Counted from the whole stretch's first letter, positions 25,462 to 38,900 are shown. The stretch: DNA of 63,669 nt, filler included, from Reclinomonas americana ATCC 50394 (GCA_048213135.1; 12 parts of 12 records of this genome joined end to end with filler, not necessarily neighbours in it), one strand, 5' to 3'. Translations and numbers: made by a program. The notes: a model not told the origin generated them from the letters alone.

Positions 25462-27582
25462 ATGCCACGCGTTCGCTTTGTGGTGCGTCGGCAAGTGTAT
25501 TTCGGCGAGTGTGTGGCGGTCATGGGCAGTGTGAGTGCGCTGGGTGCGTGGTCCACTGCAGCTCCGTTGCCGCTCACCTGGGCGCCTGGTGATGTGTGGC
25601 GTGTGGAGTGTGAGGTGAGAGAGAGATCTGTGTCGTCGTCGGAATATCTTTCCTGTTGTTGTCGTCGTGGTTGCTCACATCGAGGCGGTGTGCAGATCAA
25701 CGAGGAGGTGACCGAGTACAAGTACGTGGTGTTGAGAAGACCTCCGGTGGCCGTCGGCGCCAGTGCCAGTGCAGTGGAGGTGCGCGCGTTATTTCTCTGA
25801 CTCATTCTCTCCCTCTGTCGCTGTGCTCACCTTCGCCACCGCCAGCTGCAATGGGAACCCGGTCCCAACCGCCTGCTCCGCCTCGGCTCGGAGACACCGA
25901 ATGCGAGCGGCATTATTGTTGTCAGTGACGACTGGGTGAGCTGCTCTTCTCTTTGCGCGTGTGTGTCGCCACCCCCTTCCATCTGCTGATCCGTGCGTGT
26001 TACAGCATGCGGTGCCGACCAAGGTGGTTTTCGAGGTGCAGAAGCACGTCGAGTATGGCGAGAGCCTGGCCGTGTATGGATCGTCCAAGCGGCTCGGTGA
26101 ATGGAATCTCCTGGCGCCCGTGCGCATGCAGTGGTGCGAAGGTGACGTGTGGCGATCGCCGCCTGTCGAGGTGCGTTGATTCCCTTGCTGCGAGGCGCTG
26201 TATTTGGTTCGAGAACTGAGTGACTGACTGATTGCGATCTTGCAGTTCTCGGCCGAGGAGACCACGTTTGAAATGTCGTACAAGTATGCGGTGGTTCGCA
26301 TTCTGCCCAGTGTCGACAGTACGGCGGTGGATCCGGGTCCGACGTGGGACGTGCGGTGGGAGAACGACGTGAATCGCGTCGTGTTTATCGATCGGTGTGC
26401 CGACATGCCGGGTGCGCGCGATGCGGAGAGTGGTGTGGTGACACTGCGCGACACGTGGCGACCGCACCTGCGACTTGTGCTTGTCGAGTGCCAGGGTCGC
26501 GTGCAGTTTGGCGAGCGACTGGCCCTGGTCGGCTCGTGCGCGACCCTCGGGTCGTGGGACGTGCAGCAATCGGTGCCGATGGAGTGGAACGAGAACGACG
26601 TGTGGACGGTGCGCGTTGCGGTGCCGGCGGGGGCACACTTTTACTTCAAGTTTGTGGTGGTCACCGACATGGAGCTGAATCGCTCGACCAGCAACGGCGT
26701 GACAACTGCCACGGTGAGCGCTGTTGCATGCCACGCGCACGAAGTTTCCTTGTCGCTCACCTTCAAGTTCCCAACAGTGGACGGCGCCGGTCAACGTGCT
26801 GTGGTGGGAGCCGGGTGACAACCACGTGGGCTTCCTCAGCGACGAGGGTGAATTCGGGTGGCACACGTCCTTCCGGCCGTCTACCGAGGCCGAGGAACAG
26901 GAGGCGTGGGCCGTTCACCGACAACACATGCCGCCGCAGTCGCCGCCAATGTCACCGTCGCGGACTCATCGCTCGCCGCACCGCTCGCCATCACGCTCAC
27001 CACCACTGGCACCCGTGCACACAGACGACGGCTCCGGCAGTGGTGGTGGCGGCAGTTCTGGTGTGCCTCCGTCGCTCTCACTCTACAACTCGATGGTGGT
27101 GGCGGCCGCTCTCCGCTCGCACGCCGACGACACGTTGCGTTTGTTTCTCCGGCCTCACTCCCCCACTATTTACTGTGTTGCTTACCAATACATGCAGGCC
27201 GTGCACGTGCTCCCGGTGCCGCGATGGCCAGCACGGCATGCTGATTTTGAGTCCGACGTCCACCACCGCACAACCACCGCACGACTTGTCACCGCAAACA
27301 GCAGCTCGACTGGCCATTCCATCGCTGATGCCCAAGTTCCCCGTGCACGTGCGCTCGTGGGAAGTGCGACCGGCCGCCTCGTCGGCTGTGCGTTTGCGTT
27401 TCGACGTCAGGTGAGCGAGACGCAATCTCCTCCCCTCCCCGTCTCACTCTCCCTCTTCCTCACATCCAACGGCGTGCAGATTAACCCCTCCTCCACTGCC
27501 GCCGACAGAGATTAGTGTAGAAGCAGCAGCAGCAGGGGAGAGTACGGCGATTGCCGCTCCCTTTGTTGTGCACGTCACATAG
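25462..27582 (+). CDS. Protein with three tandem CBM20 starch/glycogen-binding domains and a Ser/Pro-rich tail
   Basis: Three repeats of the CBM20 pattern: FGECVAVMGSVSALGAW...WAPGDVW...EYKYV...WEPGPNR; YGESLAVYGSSKRLGEW...WCEGDVW...YKY...WENDVNR; FGERLALVGSCATLGSW...WNENDVW...FKFV...WEPGDNH. The 3' end is less certain. Confidence 0.85.
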
Positions 27583-27700
27583 TAAAAAAAACCAAGCCGT
27601 NNNNNNNNNNNNNNNNNNNNNNNNNNNNNNNNNNNNNNNNNNNNTTAATTAATTAANNNNNNNNNNNNNNNNNNNNNNNNNNNNNNNNNNNNNNNNNNNN

Positions 27701-29939
27701 AAGTATAATATCAAGACGTTCAGCGACCTTCCGAATCCACTTCGTGCCGACACCGACAGCCTCCCGTTCCCCTTTATGGATGTTGCGTGGCGTGTGAGAT
27801 GGCACTCTCTTTCCCTCTGGATCTCATCCCGTGTGCACGGCTGACAGCTGGTGGATCGTGTGGTCAAACTACGAGTTCTCAGCGTGTTGCGCAAGTTGTG
27901 GGTGTCGACGGCTCCCAACGAGAAAGTACGCTGGCCGCTGTACGAAAAGTACTTTGCCGACGGCCTCTATCAGTTGGTGAGTGGGCACGCACGCTTTGGG
28001 GCGATCGTGCACCATGCCCACACTCACGCCGTGCACAGCAATTCCACCCATCGCTCGTGGAGGGCGAATACTACGCGCTGCAAGAGCCGCCCGCTGAAAC
28101 TGCAGCCGTCGCTGCCACGCCCGCCACTGCTACGGCAGCGGCGGCGGCGGCAACTGTTGCTGGTGCCGGGGCTGCCGAGGCACCGACGGCATCGTCGCCA
28201 GCAGGTGCTGCGGAGGGAGGCGACCAGGCCGCACCGATTGCGGCAGAAGGTGACGCAGCAGCAGCAGCAGCAGCGGAAGCAGCACCAGAGATCGCCGCGT
28301 CGCAGCTCGACGACTTCTTCAGTGTGTACCGCATGGTCAGCAACGGTACACAGACGGAGGAGGGCGGCACGCGAGCAATCGCACTCTTGCAAGAGTACGA
28401 GGAGTGGGAGCAGCACATGGTCAAGGACGAGACGCCGCTGTCCAAATTGTTGTCGTTTGACAGCACCGGCAATCTCGTGTTCCGCAACAGCTCGAGTCCG
28501 CCGCGATCCGCAGCAACCACCTACCGCATACCCACACCAAGCGTGCAGCCGCTCACCGAAGAGCTGCAATCGCCACCTGTGGGAGGAGAGGCGGCTGTCG
28601 GAGCGAGTGGAGAGACGGGAATCGATGCTGCTGCTGCTGCTGCAGTCGAATCGCCGGCGCCAGTGGACGGTGGTGCAGCTGCTGTCGTGGGCTCGACATT
28701 GGATGTGGAGTCGCTGTTGCGTGCACAACGTTGTGTTGCGTTTATTGTACGTTGTTGGCTCACGAGTGCGCAGTGGTACCAGCGGTAGGGCTGTCGGAAC
28801 GCCACTGCTGACTGTGATGAATACGGAGCGCTCGACAGATACAAGCAGTCGGCGGCGACAGCGGGCGGCTTCGATATTTGCCAATTCCGCGGACATGCCG
28901 TCGGCCTTTGCCGGGCCGTCGTCCTTCGCGCAGGCGCCATCAACACAAGTGGCGTCGCAGATCAAGATGCACATCTTCCGGCTGGAGACGGAGAACAAGC
29001 AAGTGCGCGAGCTGCAGTCGCTGGTGGCCAACATGGAGAATGAGATCTCGTCGCTCCAGCTGCAGTTGTGGATCCAGGAGGAGCAGTTGAAGAATGCACA
29101 GGTGGACGACACGAGTGGCGGCTTTGATGTAATTAGCTCACCGTCCATGAGCCGGGCTGCGTCGCGTGGAGGTCCCAGCATGCCCGACGTGGCCAAGTTC
29201 CGTGCGCGCATGCTCATGCGCAAGTGGAACATTGAGGTGGCGAAGCGCAAGTTCCACGGTCTGCTCGAGCGTTCGCGCTCCGTCCCCGAGTTCCCCTCGT
29301 TCATGGCCGACATTGGCCCCGTGGATGTGGATCGGCCGATTCTCGGTGCATCGCGCGTCCCCTCACGCGCTGGTCGCTCTCGGCCCCAAGTACCAGTGTT
29401 CACAGCCAAGGGTTTGTGCTGCTGCTCTTTCCTCTCTTCATTTGTTCACCGTGTGCTAATCGCGCCTTCGGCGTCGCAGTCGACCTTGCACCGAAACGTC
29501 GCAAGACCCCCACACAGAACCAGAACAAGCCGCCACTGCAGCTGTCGAATGAGAGGACGACCATTGAGATGTTGCTGAGTTGGGTCCCTTTGCAGTCCGT
29601 CTGCTGTGATATGCGCCTCCTGTCATGCTAACCCTCTTTCCCCTTGCAGAGGCACAGGCGGATGCGGAGGAGCGAGCACGCCAGGAGGCCGAGGCGCAGG
29701 AGGCGCTGCGCCAGCAAGAGTTGGAGGCTGAGCGGAAGCGATTATTGGCGGGCTCCAGGCAACTGCCGCGGCAGTCGTCGGACCCCGACTTGCAACACCA
29801 CGACAAGTCGGGTGAGTTGGAGATTGGAGTGGCGGAGGGCGAAGGACCGGCCGTGTTGCACGAGGACGGAACTCTGCGCCGAAGTCACTCGGCGAGTACC
29901 ATGTCGCTGCTGAACCGCTTGACATCGACAAGCGAGTAA
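27701..29939 (+). CDS. Hypothetical protein, 3' part (Ala-rich linker, coiled coils)
   Basis: Plus-strand exons joined by GT-AG introns; coiled-coil segments IFRLETENKQVRELQSLVANMENEISSLQLQL and AEERARQEAEAQEALRQQELEAERKRLL; stop at 29939. Confidence 0.55.
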
Positions 29940-30518
29940 AACGTGTGCGACAGAAGCGTTTGTTGTATTTTCTTCATGGCGAGATATTTTCTACAGTTGT
30001 ATGTATATACATCGAGGTACACGTACAGATACATCCACACCCACACGTACGGTCTCACTGGGGATGAGCCTCGTGGTACTGCGCAACACACAACAACAAC
30101 AAGTGTCAGACAGGTCAACGCTTCACAGCAAACAGCAGCAAGCACGACGCACTTGTTCCAGCAGCGTAAACATGCCACGCTGTCGCTCCGATGAGGTGAA
30201 CGAGTCCGACTGAGACCGAGAAGCACGGTGAGGCAAAAGTGTACGCGCCACACTAAGAGTGAGAGAGAAAAAGGAAACGCACCAAGAAGCCGAGCTCGTG
30301 AGATTGTGATGAGTAGCCACTGGAACCCGATCGATCTGGCAGCACAAGAAAGTGAGCGGCGCGAGCGAGGCTTTCACTGCACCGCAACACGACACACTCA
30401 CCGACGCTAAAGAGCGAGCGACGAGCACGATAGCCATCGCGAGCCTGTGCGTAGTGATCCGAGCCGATCATGGACGAATTGACCGAGCTTTCCTGCACGG
30501 ACAGACACACCCAGAAGA

Positions 30519-33500
30519 TTAAGCACGATCAACCTGAAACAAACACACAATCCGTGCGTACCATGTCAGCAGGTGGCAGGTACGACTGCTGCTGCTGCTG
30601 CTGTTGTTGCTGCTCGTGCTCGGCGTGAAGCAACGGCTCGCCTTGAATTTCGGACTGCGTCAGCAGGCGACCATCCGCCAACCCAATGGAAGGCGGCTGT
30701 TGCTGCTGTTGGGCGAACAACATCTCCTCCTCCTCCAAGTCCTCGGCTCCCAACAGCGGCGCGTTCGGTGGTCTGGCCACGTAGGAGTCCTGCGGGCCAA
30801 GGGCAGCACCAGCGGCAGCAGTAGCGCCACCGGCAGCGGCATGCGACCGAGCTGCCAGCGGTACCGCGCCTGGAGACACAGCATCCGGGAACGAGTCGGC
30901 AAACTCAAAATCGTCGAATGAGCCCGAATGCGCGACATCGACATCGGCACCGGCAGCACTGCTCTCCGCTGCTGGGCGCGCTGTTGCACGCTGTTGCTGC
31001 TGAGGCTTGGTTTGCGGAGATGGCATCGGCGACGGTCGCTGCAGCATACGGCTGCCCTCAACCGAAAAGATGACAGGCATTGGCACAAACTGCAACAACA
31101 CCAAGGTCAGCGAGTTGCAGAAGAAGAGGGCAGGGAAGGCTGACGCAAAAACATAGAGACAAACCGGCTGTGCGAATGCTGGTCTTGTGCCACGAACGAC
31201 TTGCGGTTGTGGTGCGGGCGGAGCAGGTGCAGGCGCAGGTGCTGCAGGCGCTTCTACTGGCTGCACAGGTCTCATCGGCACGTGTGGCGCCGGTCTGTTC
31301 ATGCCAACCCGCACTTCAGCCAACGGCAACACCATACTGTCGTCTTGCGGCGGCTGTGCGCGACGAACTGGGCCTGGGCGATCGCCTGGTGACGCGTCGC
31401 CAACGTGACGAGCCTGCAGAACAGGAAAAGGCGTGTCAATGAAAGTAAGAGAAAATACAGGACAGTAAAAGTGCACGAAACCACAGCGAGTCCAACGCCC
31501 TCCTCGGCCATATTGAACGATCCGTGCTGGTCCCATCGCATTCTATGAACGAGGTAAAGGTGAATGAAATAGAAGAATCGGAAGCACGACTTCATCGGTT
31601 GCACATACCCTGGGAAGCGATTGGCCAGTGCCGGTGGTACATAACTCGGGCTCGTGGGTACCACGCCGCTCGCCGTCATCATCATCGATGCGCTCACCGG
31701 CGACAGCATGTCGCGCGGGAACTGCTGTCGCAACTCGAATTCGGCGTCTGGATTCTGCTGCGCAAACGTGCTCAGGCTCTCCATCAACTCCTGGCCGCCA
31801 CTGTTGGCGGGCGGGATCCACTGCGGGTGGTTGGCGAGGAAGTTGATGAACGACTTTTCCATCTTGCCGTGGCGCGAGTGGCTGAGACGGCCGCCGTCGC
31901 CGCCGACTCGAGAACCAAACTGTGTGAATCAGCAGGTGCACAGTTATGAGAAAGGCAAGCATGGCAAAACAAAAATGGACACGGAATCAACGCACTCGCG
32001 GGTTGCCGTGGCGGTGGAAGTTGAAGGTCGAGAAGGAACACACGTAGCCGAGACCCTCCACCTCCACCGAGTTGTCGCGCACAAAGTCGACCATTTTCTC
32101 TAATGTGCGCAACCGCGTCAACCACAGCTCGGCAGCATTTTCAGAAAACAGGCAACTCACCGGCACTGTTGGGCATCGAGAACCAGAAAATGAGCGGCGT
32201 CAACACCACACTAGCCATCTCTTGGATGAACAACTCGACGCGGTAGCGGAAGAGCTCAGTAAACTGACGCAGAACCTGTCAATGCAAGCGAGACAGATGT
32301 GAGGAAGGCAGGAGCAAGAATTATCACAAGAATGCAGTGCCACACACACCTCGTGGCTGCCGGGCTGGAGACGCCACTGCTTCGGCACATAGTGCGTGTA
32401 GCTAATGACCTGCTTCAAGTACAGCTCGGGGAGGAACACAAACGACTCGTCGCCGACAGACTTGCGCAGCGCAGCGAGGCACGTGGCCAAGATCACCAAA
32501 TACCACGCCAGCGGTCGGTCATACAACTGTGCACAGACTCAGTCAGACGACACGAGCGCGATATGCCTGGCCAGAGACAGAGACACACNNNNNNNNNNNN
32601 NNNNNNNNNNNNNNNNNNNNNNNNNNNNNNNNTTAATTAATTAANNNNNNNNNNNNNNNNNNNNNNNNNNNNNNNNNNNNNNNNNNNNACCTCCAACCCC
32701 ATAAACATGGGTTCGTTGATGAGTGCAATGAGAATAAGAACGGCGGCGAGACCGCCGAGAATGAAGAGTGCCGCAGAGGAGATGGTGGACAGCAGGTGAT
32801 CGGGGTACTGGTCGACAAAGTTGCGTGCCGGCCGTGACGACATTTTCATGCGCTGCTCGAACACGTGCGGCAGCTCGTTGAATTCGCGGAACTTCCATCG
32901 CGCCAAGGGCGACCACGTGCGCGCTCCCATGGTGGCCAGCGACGACCGGAATTCCTGCGCCACAAGCTCAATCAGTCTTCCGCGCTCGCCACTCTCTCTC
33001 TCTATCCAATCGCTGCTCTCACCTCGAGGTAGCGGAACAGAAACTCGACAAACAGGTACACGATGATGAAGGGCGCCATCAGCAGGTTGACAAAGCCGAG
33101 CACCACAAATTCGGTCTTCAGCGCGCTGACAATGCCCTCGCGATCACGGCGGGCCAGCGCCTGCCGATCGAGCAACGAGCGCACAATCTTCATGAGATTG
33201 TATTCCAGCGATCGCGTGAGGATGCTGGTGTTGGAGAAGAACGGCAGCGGGATGTGTAAATCGAGCAAGTTCTTGTTGACCAGGCCAATCAAGTAATTCT
33301 GCTGGCGCATGATCCGGCTGGCGATATCTGTCAACGCGGGGGGAGAAGACAGTCAGCACGTGTCACAACACTGACTCCTCCACGCGCCGACTCACCCAGC
33401 GCCGTCTGCTTGCGCTGCAATGTGAGCTGCATTCGCTCCTGCAGCAACTCCAGATTGTGCGCCACCACATGCCACTCGACGCTCTGCACATCGGACTACT

Positions 33501-34471
33501 CACACGCAACAGTGGTCAACAAGACGACGCGTGAGAAGACACACACAGGTGCACGCAAGCGCAACATCAGTCATCTTCAAGTGTGTGCTGTAAAACGCTC
33601 GTGATCGACGCGCCGCCGCAATGGTTCCGATCGACAGCCACAACTTCCAGCCCCAAAACACCACAAATCCCAGTTCGAGTACGGCCACATACCACTGTGC
33701 CGCCTCCATGCTGTTCCCACGCACACACACACATGATGAGTGTGGACAACAACTCGGAGTCTAATCTGACGATTCTTCAAAGATCCTCCTCTGCTTTCGT
33801 GTGCGTGTGTGCTTTGCTGCGATCTCTCTCTGCGTGCGCGCGTGTGTGTGTGTAACGACTACAGTGCGTGTGAGCGGCAAACCTCCTGAACGGATGCTCG
33901 TGGATTTTACGCGCGTGTCGGAAACACTCGAGCGTGTCACACCGATTCAGCGCATCCCAGTCGACAAAGATGACCAGGAACGTGGTGAATGTGATCAAGA
34001 AGGCAATCGCTCTGTGTAAGAGAGAGCGCGCGCGCGTAAGTGAGTGAAACCGCACATCATTACAGTGTGAGTTGACGCAACAGCGACGACAGCACTTCGC
34101 TGAGCACGATACACCAGTAGCCCTTTCTCACATAGTACTGATACAACTAGGAAGACGAAGAAGACGACGATTCAAAGTGAGCATATGTAATCGGCGAAGA
34201 GAGAAGGAACAGACGTTACCTCCACAAAGAAATCATCGACATCGCCGGCGACCAATGGCGCCAATCGCTCATGTTCTGCCACCAGTGGAGCCGCGGCGGC
34301 GGCAGCAGAAGAAGAGGACGACGACGAGCGCACAGCTGCCAACTCCACATCGGCACCACTGGAGAAGAGCGAGGCGCCGGGCTCGACACCAAACAAACGC
34401 CGTGACGACGAGGACGACGACGACGCTGGCATAGAGCTGTCCTCGTGTTGAGGAAGGCGCACGTACGCCAT
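30519..34471 (-). CDS. ATG9: Autophagy-related protein 9 (lipid scramblase), multi-exon, crossing the linker at 32589
   Basis: DVDDFFVELYQYYVRKG, DIASRIMRQQNYLIGLVNK, LTRSLEYNL, GARTWSPLARWKFREFNELPHVFEQRM, THYVPKQW, VEGLGYVCSFSTF and GKMEKSFINFLANHPQW are hallmark ATG9 motifs. Confidence 0.95.
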
Positions 34472-34550
34472 AGTACGCGCGCGCGCAAAGAACGATACGA
34501 AAAACGAACAGAAATAGCTTAATCCGTCGATCGGTCTTTTGCTTTGTGTC

Positions 34551-35561
34551 ATGGAAGACGACGCGTTTGTGAGTCGCCTGGAGTGCGCTGGTGTGGAGGT
34601 GCTGTTGTATCGACCGGGTGTGTTGGTGGCGGTGAACAAACCGGCGGGAATGCTGTCGGTGCCGGGTGGTCGTCGTCATTGCGGCGATTGGCGATCGCGA
34701 CAGGAGCATTGGGCGGCGTGTTTGCAGCTGGAGAGCACGCGACAGCGCGTGTTGTTGTGTGTGGAGGGTGGGGATGGGTTGTGCTGGTGGCAGCGGTGTG
34801 TGGACAAGGTGGTGCGTGAGGCGGTGAATGTGCCGCGGCGTGCTGATAAGTTTGTGGCGAGCTGTGTGCGCGCGTGGAAGCGCGAGTTTGCGGCGGTGGC
34901 GCGGGAGGATGTGGAGCAGGTGGCGCGTGTGGTGTTTGATGTGTGCGATGAGTGCATGGCGATCATGGAGGAGGAGGAGGAAGAAGAGGAAGTGTCGGCA
35001 CTGTCGGTGTTGGAGCTGTGCGGGCGTCATGCACATGCAGTGCATCGGTTGGACATGGAGACGTCGGGTGTGCTGCTCGTGGCACTGGACGCACGTGTGG
35101 CGGCGGTGCTGTGCGAGCAGTTCCGGCGAGATGATTGCGTGCAGAAGACGTATGTGGCGGTGGTGGAGGGCGACGGCGGGTGGGAACACGGCCAGAGTGG
35201 CGTGTGTGAGCAGCCGATATGTGCCGAGCCTGAACGCCGGCCGCGGCAGCAGCTCGATGTGAGCGGCGGCAAACCCGCGGTGACACGGTGGGAAGTGCTG
35301 CAACGCGGCGTCGACAGTGCGACCACTCGGATGCGCCTGCAGCCGATCACGGGTCGAACGCACCAACTGCGCGTGCACATGGCGCTGGCTCTGCGACACC
35401 CTATCGTGGGAGACTCGCTGTATGGTCGAGCATCGGAGCGGTTGTTGCTGCACGCTGAAACGCTGGAGCTGTTTGATGTGCGTGAGGTGGCCAGTGGCTC
35501 CGGATGGGAGGTGGCACACGATGCCCCCCGGCTGCGTCTGGAAGCCGTTTGCCCTTTTTGA
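34551..35561 (+). CDS. RluA-family RNA pseudouridine synthase (RPUSD-like), single exon
   Basis: VNKPAGMLSVPG, catalytic HRLDMETSGVLL, KTYVAVV, GKPAVTRW, LQPITGRTHQLRVHM, HPIVGDSLYG, LLLHAETL. Confidence 0.95.
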   Translation: MEDDAFVSRLECAGVEVLLYRPGVLVAVNKPAGMLSVPGGRRHCGDWRSRQEHWAACLQLESTRQRVLLCVEGGDGLCWWQRCVDKVVREAVNVPRRADKFVASCVRAWKREFAAVAREDVEQVARVVFDVCDECMAIMEEEEEEEEVSALSVLELCGRHAHAVHRLDMETSGVLLVALDARVAAVLCEQFRRDDCVQKTYVAVVEGDGGWEHGQSGVCEQPICAEPERRPRQQLDVSGGKPAVTRWEVLQRGVDSATTRMRLQPITGRTHQLRVHMALALRHPIVGDSLYGRASERLLLHAETLELFDVREVASGSGWEVAHDAPRLRLEAVCPF

Positions 35562-35921
35562 TGGAACAACTGTACGGATGCAGAAGGCAGGCCGGCCGTG
35601 CGACTGACAATCTCCGCGTTCGGTAAATCACCGCCGCCATTCATTCCCTCCACCCTGTTTTTGCACCCGCGAGAGAGCAAAGGCAACTACAGCTCCCGCA
35701 CGACGATCAAGTCTGTTGTACGCAACAGCACTCCTCCCGCTGACGGCGCACGACAGGAGACACGACAGGTGTGTTTGTAGCGCGTCGTTGATTCTTGTCT
35801 ACTCGCTCGGCTCAAAATTGGCGTGGACGATCACAGGCTCAAGCGGGTGGGCATGCGAAGGTTCGCGAGGACGGAGGAGGGTGCAACTTGCACGGGATGC
35901 GTGGAGGCTGAAGCCGCAGCC

Positions 35922-38900
35922 ATGTCTGTCTCGTCGGCAATGGCGGCGGCGGCGGCGGCAGGAGCAGCGGCAGCAGCACCGTTCTCGGACGACCCCCAAC
36001 CTCAGCTCACCACGGACAACACGGAGACGGCTGCGCAACAACGCGTCTCGTACATAGAAGCACTCGCAATGATGTGCTATTGTGCTCTCTTTTACGCGTT
36101 GACCGCGCGCGACCAGCTGACGAAGGAAAAATGGCCAAGTTGCGTACCCGCAGATGAGAGAATGATCCTTCGATTTCTACCGAGTCACTGTATCCATATT
36201 TGTGTGTGTTTCTTCCTCTACTGACCCCCTGTCACTCCCAGTGTTTGTGATGAACATGCTGTTGGCACTGGTCAGTGCATTGTCATACTATGCCGTCAGC
36301 GGCGGGACTATGTTTGGAGTCCGTGGCTGGGGTCGATTTTTGACGATGTCGCCAAGTGTGCTGGAGACCAACACGGTGCGGACACGCACTGCGGCTGTGC
36401 GTTCTTCGCCCCTTGATGTACCCATGCACTGTGTGTGTTGTGTAACGTGCAGTCGGTAAACGCTCCGACAATAGCGCGTATCGGGGGCTTGCTCGGCCCG
36501 CTTCTGATGCAGTTCTTTCGACCGTCGCTGAGGTGAAATTTGGTCAACATTGGTGCTTTTCTCCTCACATCACTCACCGTCGTCAAACACTGCTCACATA
36601 GTGTGCACATCATTGGTCATGCACTGCTCGGCTGCACATTCTCTGTCTGGGTGTCCGAGAGAAAGTTTGTTGCGTCTCGGAAACCGATGTGCATGTGCGC
36701 TCTCGTCGACGTCGTCTGTGAAGCTGACGGCCCTTTGCGCACACAGTTGACACTGACGATGATCCTGCACATGATTGTCGGCTACTGGCGTACGCTCGCT
36801 TTGGGGTATTCGTGGGTGAGTACCCTGGCCGCAGTCACGGCGTTCATGGACGTGCTGAGATTCCCGATTTTTTGCTCTTCCACAACAAATAGGATACCGG
36901 CTTGGCCGTCACAATAATTCCACTGATTCTCGGTACCCGTGTGCTGGTGAGTATTCCCCGTCCCTGCCCGTGCAAGTGAGGCAGACTGGAAAAAGAAATC
37001 GGCTGACTTGTCCTGCTGCGTGCGCAGAACACGTACTACGAGACACACGGAATTGTGGCGCACTTGCGGCAAGCGAACCAGATGCTGCAGGAGCTGAACT
37101 CGCGTCTCGAGTGTGCCAACACATTGTTGGACGAGAAGGCCGCAGCACTGCAGGAGGCCATTGAAGACAAGGATCTGTTTCTGAGCAAGGTGAGACTGAG
37201 CGCCGCGAATTAGCAGCAGCACATGTGGTGCGGAAACTCACCCTGTGTTGCAGTGCTCGCACGAATTGCGACAGCCATGCTTCGGCATCATGTCGGCACT
37301 GGAGAGCTACACGTCTCTGTCGAAGCACAGCGATCCTGCAATCGCCGAGGCCATTTCATCGTCGCCCAGCATTGAAAAGATTGCACGATACGATGATTCT
37401 TGTGTTGCGTGGACTGTCTTGTAGGCGTGTGTCTTTCTGGGTCATCCGAGTGTTCTCACTCCATTGTCAACTGTATGCAGGTGCACGACGGACTGCAGGC
37501 AACGCGGACATTGCTGGCTCTGTTGAATGGTCTGTATCTGTGTGCTTGATATGTTCATCGCGCATCTTGCACTCACGTCGTTGATCGTCGGCAGAGCTGT
37601 TGGATCTGATGAAGCAAAAGCGAATGACCATTAATGTGAAACTGGCTCCCGAGTCACTGGTGGAGGTGTTGGCGTCGGGAGTACGTTGTATGAGGCACAT
37701 GGCACAGAGGCAAGTCAACTGAATGCAGCAGCTTGAGTGATTGATTGCAGCTCACGATGAATATGACCTTGTGTGCACAGTGCTGGTCTCGGCCTGTCAC
37801 TGCGAATTGGTCCGATTCTCATGTACTATCACCGACGTGGTGTGCGGACGTGGATGGATCGACTCCGAATCATTCAATGCCTCAGCAACCTGCTCAGCAA
37901 TGCCATCAAGGTTTGTCGTCTCGTGTGTGTTTTTCGTGTCATTAGTTCTGAGACTCACGTGTGAGTGGTAGTTCACCGAGGCTGGTTCAGTGTCTGTGAC
38001 TGCCGACCTGTGCACGCGCACCAAAGCCGATCCAGGGGAAATATCACAGCACGGCATCTGGGGAGGTTGCGTTTGCGCCCACCTCGTCTTGAGGTTGACA
38101 CCAGACTGACGTGGTGTCGCTCCGCAGAACCGGAGTACATGTACTTGCCCATGTATGACATGCAGCAGTTCCTCGTGGCTCCGACACGCTTCGCGTCCGA
38201 GGTACAAGAGCACCCCTCCGAGTACTACGTGCGCGTGTGTGTGGCCGACACAGGTCAGGGAGTGTCGTTAGAGGATGCGACACACTTGCTGGAGCCATTC
38301 TACCAGAGTTCCACCAGTCGAACGCGACATCAGTTCGCCGGCACGGGTCTTGGTCTGACACTGGTGCGCGACATGTGCCGTACGCTGTGGGATGGCGATC
38401 TGTGGTGCGTACTGCGGTGGAGGCGACTTGTGTTCGAGTGCGTCGGGATGTTCACCGACGATGGTTGCAGGTTCGAGACTCAAGCTGGCATCGGATCGCG
38501 GTTCTACTTTTCCTTCCCCTACAAGCCTGCATCATCGTCGCCGTTGCGTTTCTTCTTAGATGTACTTACTGTCTCGTATGTTTCCTTGACAATTGAGAGC
38601 AGCGGTGCCGACGTGGCAGCCACCTCCGAGACACCACAGAATTCCGACGCACAACAGGCCGCCACCGTTGAGACCAAGAAGTCGACAGAGCATGTGACGC
38701 CAGGTGCGCCCGTTCAGGCCCTCCCTGCGACCAGCACGCCGCCACCGCCGGTGCGCCAACGACCACAGCTGTCGTGCGTGATTGTCGATGACAGTCGCGT
38801 GGTGGTCAAGGCACTCGAGCGGCTGTGCGTGTCGCACCCAGTTGAGTGCGCCGTGTAGTGCTTCTGGTGGTTACCTGGTGTAACACAGAAGCTGACTGCG

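Noticed and set aside
34269..35519. 416-aa antisense ORF and similar long overlapping ORFs (e.g. 10024-11205, 28024-29409)
   Set aside because: Shadow frames of real genes in GC-rich DNA; no motifs.
35799..36041. Minus-strand ORF ending PVIVHANF (nucleotide-sugar transferase-like motif)
   Set aside because: The rest of the ORF is low-complexity antisense to the start of kinase copy A, with no supporting exons.
38856..38858. In-frame TAG in kinase copy A as stop-codon reassignment or pseudogenisation
   Set aside because: It lies in a 66-nt GTTGAGT...CTGAC...CAG intron. TAA, TAG and TGA all terminate genes in this window, so there is no sign of a variant code.
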